Made by a program: the position numbers and the translations under genes. The notes below the pieces were generated by a model. It ran no database searches. It had not been told where the DNA came from and saw only the letters and a program-made list of their open reading frames with translations. Shown here one piece after another: positions 58,401 through 64,000 of a DNA stretch of 64,000 nt; positions within the stretch are counted from its first letter, which is position 1; each line of letters opens with the position of its first letter. The stretch covers positions 6,205-70,204 of the IMG/VR virus record IMGVR_UViG_3300036982_000217. One strand, 5' to 3'. The DNA is from a virus. Taxonomy: Duplodnaviria > Caudoviricetes.

Positions 58401-61326
58401 AACAGGTTTTCGAACTTTTAATGTACCTATTTCTAAAAAAGAAGATATTGCAGATGTTGTAGCCGGAGCATTAGTACCAGCTTCAGAAATTTTCTGGGAT
58501 AAGAATATTCAAACTACTGGTTCTTGGTTAAACTCTGTACAGGGTGAGACAGTAGGAGGACAAGATTATATTGAAATAGCAATTGATAGTTTATCTGAAG
58601 AAAATAGAAAAATAGCTGATGAACTTAAAGAATCAGATACAGACTTTGGTGGTATTAAAGGAGTGCGTATAGTACTAGGTATAAATCTTACTCCTGAACA
58701 AGCTCAAAAAAAGTCTATAGAAATTGCAAATAAATTTAAACAACAAGATCTTTTATGGTATGAACCAACTACTCTTCAAGATAAGATTGATGGTTTAGAA
58801 AAACAAAAACAAAGAAGTAGTACACCTAAAACATATGATCAAGAAATACAAAGAGTAAAAGATACTTGGGGAACAGAACTTAAACAAGGTGAGTATTTTG
58901 ATGAAGCTACTAAAACTATTTGGGCTAGTAAGGAACTCTATGATAAGTCAAAGAGTTTAAAAACTGAACCAGTAACAAGAAGAAGAATATCACTTGATGA
59001 TGTTTTATCATTAGTAAATGAAAGAGCTTTTGAACAAAAAGCAGAAACTGAAACTTATATTACAGATCAGATTAAAAATTTCTTAGCAGATAAAGAAGTA
59101 AAAAATGACCCTACATTATTAAGTCAACAAGCTTTTGATAGTTTATTTGGTAGTAAATCTATATTAGCCGAACTAAAAGAGAAAGCTAATTTAGGTGATA
59201 TAGTTATTATTCCAGCCAAGCTTACAGTATTTGATATTCCAGCAGGTGTTGCAGGAGAAATTAATTTCTTACTAGTAGATAGAGAGGGTAACACAACTAT
59301 TGTTCTTGTAAAAATGGGTGATGTAAATAAGTGGGAAGAATATGATGATGAAACAAGTGATGTTTCTAAAAAAGAAAGTTATGGACTTGAGCTTGTAGCA
59401 GCTAAGAACATGTTATATAACATGACTGGTATTAATCCAAAAATTGTTTTATTACCATTACAGATATCAACTGATTCAGCTACAGGAAGAATAGAAACAA
59501 TTGAATCTGCTAGTCCAATATTAGTTCCTGGTAAGATTGTAGCTCCAGTAGATCCTAATCAAACAACTGCAGATGGAGAAACTCTTCAAATAAAAATCAA
59601 TGACATTATTCCAATGAGAACAGCAGCTGGAGAACCTGTTATTGAGGAAGTAGTAGATGAAGAACAAGCAACAATTGAACAAGAAGTAGAAGATATAGCA
59701 GCACAACAAAGAAGGTTAGCAAAAGAAAATAAAATTGCAATCCTAGATAAAATACAAACTCTAAGAAGTAGGCAACAAAAATTAGATACAGATTTAAAAA
59801 AGGTTAATGATATCCTTAACTATTTAGATACTATTGGTAATGCATCTATTGAGTTGACTGCAGATGAACTTACAGATATAATAAACTCTATTACCGCATT
59901 AGATCAAGTAACTGGTCAGTATCTTAAATCTAAATTTAGAAAAGGTCGCGGAAAAACATCTATTAAAAATCAGGATGTTAGAGATCAGTTTAGAAGAGAG
60001 TTTGTAGTAATTGCAGGTGTAGTAGGAAGATTAGAGGATCTTAGAAAAGAAAAAGAAATACTTACTGCACAGGTTAATGATCTTAATGATCAGATAGACT
60101 ATTATCAAAATATTTTAGATACAGAAGACTTAGCATTATTTAGTAGGTCTGATATTAAAATAAAAATAGCAGCAATAAAAAAGAAAATAAATTCTTTAAA
60201 TAGATCTATTAAGACAATTAATGATACAATACTTAGAACTAAAAAACTTTTAAAAGAGTATATTGATGGCATTAAAAAATTAGACTCTCAGGTAGGACAG
60301 CAATTACAATTAATACCGGATGCTAATTATAAACCACTTTCTAAAGAAGAAGTTGAAAGACTAGAAAAGGCAGTGGATAATTTAGAGAATGCAACATTAG
60401 AAGATTTTAATTCTATTGTAAAACAATTTAAGAATTTAAGATCAAGACTTTCGGCAACTATGGATGTTGCAGAATTAACTCCTAAAGTTAAAGAACTGGA
60501 AATAGAAAGAATTAATTCATTACAAGAAAGTTTAAAGAGCTATGGTAAAGAGGTTAGATACTTAAATGATATTCTTAATATGGTATCAGAAGAATCACTT
60601 ACAAATAAATTATCTGATAAGAATTCTAATGGACCAAAACCTACTAACACTAAAAATACGAGCTCTACAAATCAAAATAAACTTGATGAGACTGTAGATA
60701 AATCTAAAGGTGAAGTTATATCAGAGATCTCATTAGGAGAGATACTAAGTTTAGCAGAAAGACCTGTTAAGGAAAGTGTTATTAGTGAGAAAGCTGCTGA
60801 TATTATTGCAAGAATAAATAGCTCTACTGTAGATGAAATCAAAGAGATGTTAAAAGATGTTTCAGATCTAACAGCTTATGAAGTAAAAGTTATAAATGAT
60901 GCTGCAAAAAGCAGAATCAAATCCTTAACAGAAGAGTTTAAATCTGAGATAAAAGATCAGATGAATGACATACAAGAAACACAGTATGTAACTGTACAAC
61001 CAATAGATGATATTCCTGCTGGATCACTCATTACAATAACCAATATAGAAGGTGATAATATTACTTTTGAAGTTGCCAATTCTAATGAGAAAAAAAGTGT
61101 TAAATTTGATAATCTAAACGGTAAAATCATGACACAAGAAGAAGCAAAATCTAAAGCTGCTGTAGAGACAATTGAAATTACTCCAGAGGCTAAATCAAAA
61201 ATTATTGAGAGCATTACTGCTGCAGATAGCTTGACTAATGCAGACATTGATAATATCATTGATGAAGTAAAGGATAAAGACTTAGACACACTAGAAGAAG
61301 AATTATACAATAAAAAGATTTGTTAA
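52471..61326 (+). CDS. giant (2951 aa) putative ejection/cargo protein with a degenerate PD-(D/E)XK domain
   Basis: N-terminal Gly/Ala hydrophobic region, EGLQENFQE motif, long helical regions and a VAGEINFLLVD...IVLVKM domain. Confidence 0.65.
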   Translation: MAQDNTNFDPLAPLGPSVGKFNMDVTNPLNLDPFGFKKLDIEQVKLVDVIPNYGALTSPQRNIRENLVGSPPNRPGPKKDSSFEKSAQAADSYMRSIFQTNQDKNEYSRIYGYNAGEDGNNYYKRYAAYGSKKMAEVGFSPFRDNEALYNSRTTKWNDFTRMVNHSLLPGVWLGIKSNVEGTFDMLRGDFTSINLDNAAEYEKISNIGMSTKGGAFGFVNNALSSFGLSAGIIIETIAEQAATKAIEAGLVATGAGIPAAGALEVAADVSAAAKFGRVGKLFSNLDRSFGAAVKTLESSQAARSFWKVANTPVGKFINPLGNTLDAMNDIRKAQSFGNLTSLAKISKTAGGFYRDMKFINAAVTEGKLEGGMQQNKVYYDLYNLHYKDNGKAPSDKQMYDMMVQSERAGQENLAWNTGVIYLSNKLVFPNIAGGKGTASLLRAKTQEIVNLEKGKILFKTVKEEGKKVLKGEFTYVKNGIRGTLKGLREQGFKESVKSLSAKSVVVLGKYFKGNIAEGLQENFQETISEALGNYYVNTFNSDAVKAHLYSKGAFADASRSKASYFKDAWANQNPFTKQGFETFATGFIMGAFAYPINNLPSWASTGYNKMFRPEEYADYKLKRNTFGEGIAQTLTDLYNDNPAEFFNSKLFNLGNQEILTKIIQEGGRKNTLDAKDFALVSQVTTALRSGTLDLFKERVESFRDLTPEEFEDAVGNIPKGEGLKYQSRIDDIVKRMDEIKTNYEKINDKYVNPIDLSQYEKGTDAYKKAQLFSQAWEVAKMNAVFMGSSYQDAVKRMKDISTKIKSSKPLSKMTDSEIQLLLEPSRMSNERDILKEEIEAQKNVLSPEELRKKQNKLKALEALSEAYKNYDKFQNNQVTEIVEKFKESGELEKIAEENNMSIDEAEAELRKEINRTNRVGENTNENRLELESNLEKAYKDYLKAIASSTGDIYLSEEADEAFEMILDSYKLGKEASILANYVNVLNNPRDFMNHVQRNYQWMNNLYNNRRDYFSNIVNQQLDNIELNALLNELADRNVYISEDEAAEFLRSSTIPTEFYDDTRKVVIKEGHPEYDQYAIFFERASAVRKLNPKGRSADNTALNYTLARLNAEKEAALNALPKTEERVEKGNIDIPKGTKATIDDIDRKLSVGQYVSLKYRSGLRVKELILYKSNEGLRYNSPAGDIVNKVTVTQGFEAAKKYTLELVADQAAIDKINAEFTQKKIDAIQELTARAQSEKLTQASTYIPFTKNTKFELMDEALKKQLENAFNQYVEDTEGLADKLSEVSDEKLLSALDDFIQNNPRAEKVIEQYNAKMKEKLAAQQLDEVEPPVMQVRGKDQDFKDLDIKDIKANIKKIETDIKKLQGKTDLTDQEKENLAILEFNLALANKFLNYKLNFKESAKRSKVIKEVSKVIDQQGDITFDETTNQYTVNGNKLEKVNKEIERVISEKYQEKQRDQIAQIYNNTLAKNNSVDGFISELKKANLPGFTEDTYNELSEKLKALTGETAQSSLEPTTTPVSDIEAKKDDIERRRQEELKNPIKTTEGRKETAAYSGEKYTIQVFIGAFKTKYSVEVAQKDNTVATGYISKESLSKNSFDTYEEALEYANKIAKKDKENLNKINAKYDAELDALEGKPTTAPKVKPEDLKINVTATAKKGGMELAQEQDSTIEKIDEGKFIRLTKADANDINGKYYTIDNGVLRVRVNGRDFAGRPGGATQLSVKVPDTFNEQIFADKLKNISHKGEVTTPEAIDQVVNDLRNAISESTGRTTTQVSTGDNIAQIENELKEVERQINNQTTQPTSDKTYQDLFNEKWPDASGYLTASPTKSEFNKEESKFIEGKHIFEIRPIGNNEFEYRVVNNRVSQNRASTNYDKFIQPTAQELNGPDGADTIVTVKPGILRKEGDKFIVEKEVQVFYANSSTINNKVGTTTAAPVKVDITELEARRAELLEKLKTAKFAPPAASTSQVSTEAPRTGFRTFNVPISKKEDIADVVAGALVPASEIFWDKNIQTTGSWLNSVQGETVGGQDYIEIAIDSLSEENRKIADELKESDTDFGGIKGVRIVLGINLTPEQAQKKSIEIANKFKQQDLLWYEPTTLQDKIDGLEKQKQRSSTPKTYDQEIQRVKDTWGTELKQGEYFDEATKTIWASKELYDKSKSLKTEPVTRRRISLDDVLSLVNERAFEQKAETETYITDQIKNFLADKEVKNDPTLLSQQAFDSLFGSKSILAELKEKANLGDIVIIPAKLTVFDIPAGVAGEINFLLVDREGNTTIVLVKMGDVNKWEEYDDETSDVSKKESYGLELVAAKNMLYNMTGINPKIVLLPLQISTDSATGRIETIESASPILVPGKIVAPVDPNQTTADGETLQIKINDIIPMRTAAGEPVIEEVVDEEQATIEQEVEDIAAQQRRLAKENKIAILDKIQTLRSRQQKLDTDLKKVNDILNYLDTIGNASIELTADELTDIINSITALDQVTGQYLKSKFRKGRGKTSIKNQDVRDQFRREFVVIAGVVGRLEDLRKEKEILTAQVNDLNDQIDYYQNILDTEDLALFSRSDIKIKIAAIKKKINSLNRSIKTINDTILRTKKLLKEYIDGIKKLDSQVGQQLQLIPDANYKPLSKEEVERLEKAVDNLENATLEDFNSIVKQFKNLRSRLSATMDVAELTPKVKELEIERINSLQESLKSYGKEVRYLNDILNMVSEESLTNKLSDKNSNGPKPTNTKNTSSTNQNKLDETVDKSKGEVISEISLGEILSLAERPVKESVISEKAADIIARINSSTVDEIKEMLKDVSDLTAYEVKVINDAAKSRIKSLTEEFKSEIKDQMNDIQETQYVTVQPIDDIPAGSLITITNIEGDNITFEVANSNEKKSVKFDNLNGKIMTQEEAKSKAAVETIEITPEAKSKIIESITAADSLTNADIDNIIDEVKDKDLDTLEEELYNKKIC

Positions 61327-61327
61327 A

Positions 61328-64000
61328 ATGGCTATTACCTGTGCATTAGGATCAGAACATATTGAAGCTCTTACAAGAGTTATAAGTAAAGCAATGTTAA
61401 ACTCACAGACTAAAGGTGAGGCTTTTGACATTAATGATTTCATGAATAGATTATACAGTAACCTTAAAAATAGACAGGGTGTTGATAGTGCTACTCAATA
61501 TATGCAACAAGTACCATATATAATAAATCTAGTAGCAACTAGAAAAGACATAGAGCTTTCAAAGGATAATACTGGTAATGAGATAAATATACTACCATTA
61601 TCTAGAGCATTTAGAAATCAAGACAGCGGAATTCAATTGGTCTATGGATACTTTGAAAAAACATTATCTCCTAAACAATTAGCTTTAATTGCTGAAGATA
61701 ATGCTAATAAACCGGTAGATCAATATACTGAATCAAAACCAGTAGAAGAGTTAACTAGTCCAACAGACAAGAGATTAAAATCTAGAAATGTAAACTCTGG
61801 AACTGATGAGCAGTTCTTAGCTAAGGATCCAAAAACTAAAATTGAAGAATTTGAAGTAACAGATTCTGATAAAATAACTGCTATTAATACTGTATCAAGA
61901 TTGAGTATTAATACAGCTGATATAGACTTATTAGATAATGCAAGTATTGATGGAGTAAATTTAAAACTAAAAGTTATTCCTTTAGATAGACTGTCATCAA
62001 ATGATAGAACAAATTATTCAAATACAATAGTAGCAAGACAAAATGCAATAATCAGTCAAGGCAGTGAAAATAAAGCAACACCAGTTTCAGAACAATTTGC
62101 TTTAGTTCTATCTGATACATCTGGAGCCTTTGTTTATTTTACAAAGGATGGAAGAGTAACTACAAAAGATGAAGGTGGTAGATTAGTCTATCAGATGCTT
62201 AGAGATGTGAGGCTAGAGAATGGTAAGTATAGAGTTACTGATATCTATGGTATAGAAGACCAGATAATTTCTCCAGAAGATATTGTAAATGATGAGATTT
62301 CTTTACTGTACGGGTCTAAAGAAAATTTAGAAAATGCAAAAGGAATGTCTGTTGCAGAGTATATTAAAGAAGTTGAAAAACAACAACAAGAAGAGTTTAA
62401 AAAACTTTATGATTTCAGACAAGAATTAATACGCACTAAGAAAACAAAACTATTAAGTATTACTGGAGCAACACGCGGAGTATTCAGTTTTAAAATACTT
62501 AATAATATAATGATTAATAATTTATCAAGTTATTTTACTGAAGAACAAAGAAAAGCAATTATTGATAGTTTAAATGTAACCCCTAAGAAATTTGAAAATA
62601 TTCCTAGCGGTGGGTCATATGTAACAATTAATAATGAGATATATGAGGTAGATAGAGCAAACATTAATGAAGATACAGCAAGAAAGGTTGCTACCGTATT
62701 AACAAATCCTAATATATCAAATAAACAAAAGATTAACTTTTATCATCAATTTTTCACTGATCAAAAAGTTTCTGTTCCAACAAGCTTTCAAAGACATGAT
62801 TTAAATCTTGTAGATGGGGAACTTATTTTTTCATATGCACCATTTACATTAAATGAAGCAAAAGCAGACACAAGTAAAGCAACACAGAATAAAGAACCAA
62901 AAACAATAAATCTTAAATCTAGTACTGCTGAAAAAGATATCTATGATATTTTTATGAAGGGTGCTACTGGTAAGAATGGAGAACCTTTCAGCTCTAAAAT
63001 TGTGTACAGACCAAGATTAATTGGTGAAGAATATTTAGATTATCAAGATGGTGAATTTGTATTAAGAAGCTATTCAGATTTTTTACAAGAACAAAATGCA
63101 AGAATAAAAGTAAAAGATGGTAAGATAATTCCATTATATAATTCTAGCATTAACTTTACTCTTGATGATACTTTTGTAGATCAAGTAAATAAAGCAAAAG
63201 AAACTGTAGAAAAAGATGATAGATCTGAAATAAGAAAGTTTAAGGATAACTTAGTTGAGGTAATAAAAAACTCACCGGATCAAAAAGTATTAGCCACTGT
63301 AAAAGAATATACTACAGAAGGTGATCCCAAGACAGGAACATTTTCTACATATATTACTGTAGAAATAGAAGGTCAACAAGGAGAACACAAACTAATGAAG
63401 TCTCTAAATCAACCTGAGATAGGTGAAACATTAGAACTTATTATAGACCCTATTGAAATAGAAAATGGTTTTGGATATCCAAATAATATTTCTGCAATTA
63501 AAATAGAAGGGAGTACAATATTAAAATATGGAAATCTTCAAGAAACAGATTTTGGAATAGAAGACCCTAGACCAGCTGTTCCAATGCAAGAAGAGTATGT
63601 TGCAGAACAAGAAGAAATAGAAACATTAGATCAGGTTACAGAAGCACCAAAGACTGTTTCAGAAGAAGAGTCAGATATACAACAATCAGAAGCTTTAAAT
63701 CCTAAGAATGTTAGAAATCCATCAGATGATTCTGAAATATCTAATCTTTTTAATCAGTTTAAATTAGACAGAAAGACAACTTTACCTAGAGGTGTAACAG
63801 CTGAACAAATTAGTAATGCTATCACTTGGTATGATAATTCACCATTAAAGAAATATCTTGGTGAGTTACAGATGATTAGTATTGTAAACTCCGATGCTTA
63901 TGCTAGATTTATTGTAGCTGGATCAACATTACTTGCTGGACAATATACTGGAGCACTTGGTACAATACAAATTAATGAAGCCACAGGAGGTTATGTTGAT
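61328..64000 (+). CDS. N-terminal 891 aa of a giant virion protein (3' truncated), candidate RNA-polymerase-bearing ejection protein
   Basis: ATG at 61328 two bases after the previous stop. The frame is open in the stretches I translated (start and end), MAITCALGSEH...INEATGGYVD. It is absent from the ORF track, consistent with no stop before the window end. Confidence 0.65.
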   Translation, partial: MAITCALGSEHIEALTRVISKAMLNSQTKGEAFDINDFMNRLYSNLKNRQGVDSATQYMQQVPYIINLVATRKDIELSKDNTGNEINILPLSRAFRNQDSGIQLVYGYFEKTLSPKQLALIAEDNANKPVDQYTESKPVEELTSPTDKRLKSRNVNSGTDEQFLAKDPKTKIEEFEVTDSDKITAINTVSRLSINTADIDLLDNASIDGVNLKLKVIPLDRLSSNDRTNYSNTIVARQNAIISQGSENKATPVSEQFALVLSDTSGAFVYFTKDGRVTTKDEGGRLVYQMLRDVRLENGKYRVTDIYGIEDQIISPEDIVNDEISLLYGSKENLENAKGMSVAEYIKEVEKQQQEEFKKLYDFRQELIRTKKTKLLSITGATRGVFSFKILNNIMINNLSSYFTEEQRKAIIDSLNVTPKKFENIPSGGSYVTINNEIYEVDRANINEDTARKVATVLTNPNISNKQKINFYHQFFTDQKVSVPTSFQRHDLNLVDGELIFSYAPFTLNEAKADTSKATQNKEPKTINLKSSTAEKDIYDIFMKGATGKNGEPFSSKIVYRPRLIGEEYLDYQDGEFVLRSYSDFLQEQNARIKVKDGKIIPLYNSSINFTLDDTFVDQVNKAKETVEKDDRSEIRKFKDNLVEVIKNSPDQKVLATVKEYTTEGDPKTGTFSTYITVEIEGQQGEHKLMKSLNQPEIGETLELIIDPIEIENGFGYPNNISAIKIEGSTILKYGNLQETDFGIEDPRPAVPMQEEYVAEQEEIETLDQVTEAPKTVSEEESDIQQSEALNPKNVRNPSDDSEISNLFNQFKLDRKTTLPRGVTAEQISNAITWYDNSPLKKYLGELQMISIVNSDAYARFIVAGSTLLAGQYTGALGTIQINEATGGYVD

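Larger units (their letters stand above)
1..64000 (+). mobile_element. crAss-like (Crassvirales-related) Bacteroidota phage, virion structural and ejection-protein region
   Basis: Co-directional terL-portal-scaffold-MCP, ring proteins, muzzle and 1000-3000 aa cargo genes. A-rich leaders without Shine-Dalgarno sequences and TTTG-N19/20-TA promoters point to a Bacteroidota host. No host housekeeping genes or integrase seen. Confidence 0.9.

Noticed and set aside
1109-61310. All minus-strand ORFs in the track (for example 16579..16971, 37302..37727, 51779..52132, 60957..61310)
   Set aside because: They lie antisense to long, motif-bearing + strand genes, have the Phe/Leu/Ser-rich composition of shadow frames, and lack their own promoters or terminators.
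52471-61326. Tape-measure protein or RNA polymerase call for the 2951-aa ORF
   Set aside because: There are no tail tube/sheath or tail-chaperone frameshift genes, and the ring-plus-muzzle architecture is podoviral. I found no DxDxD polymerase motif in this ORF.
1-64000. Stop-codon reassignment, known in some crAss-like phages
   Set aside because: Genes up to 8.8 kb are uninterrupted in the standard code, and TAA, TAG and TGA all end genes at sensible boundaries.
1-64000. tRNA, rRNA, CRISPR arrays, att sites or transposases
   Set aside because: Intergenic gaps are nearly all under 120 bp and are explained by promoters and terminators. I saw no cloverleaf, spaced direct repeats or recombinase genes.

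Overview
The whole 64 kb window is the virion-morphogenesis arm of an AT-rich (about 32-33% GC by eye) dsDNA tailed phage. Gene content and order match crAss-like (Crassvirales-related) podoviruses of Bacteroidota, and all credible genes are on the + strand in the standard genetic code. Order: fibre/appendage genes and a lysis cassette (1-5.8 kb); HU/IHF-like, Zn-finger and PD-(D/E)XK nuclease genes, terminase, portal, scaffold-like protein and major capsid protein (5.9-17.6 kb); a cluster of small very basic proteins (17.6-20.7 kb); a ring protein, a ferritin, a separately transcribed structural gene and a cysteine-rich fibre locus (20.7-29.2 kb); ring/tail-tube proteins and muzzle (29.3-37.1 kb); giant cargo/ejection proteins, the last cut by the window end (37.1-64 kb). 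I saw no tRNA, rRNA, CRISPR array, integrase or intron. Family assignments come from motif recognition, not database searches. Best leads: (1) a candidate small RNA at 29184-29249 whose 11-nt loop is the exact reverse complement of an AAACCAACAAA element just before the start codons of capsid-module genes; (2) a hydrophobic-x-x-G-G tag shared by the small basic proteins and the giant cargo proteins, where it brackets HAD phosphatase and lytic transglycosylase modules; (3) strong context-dependent CpG depletion that spares CCGG; (4) a 17-bp palindrome at four operon starts; (5) an intact ferritin inside the structural operon.
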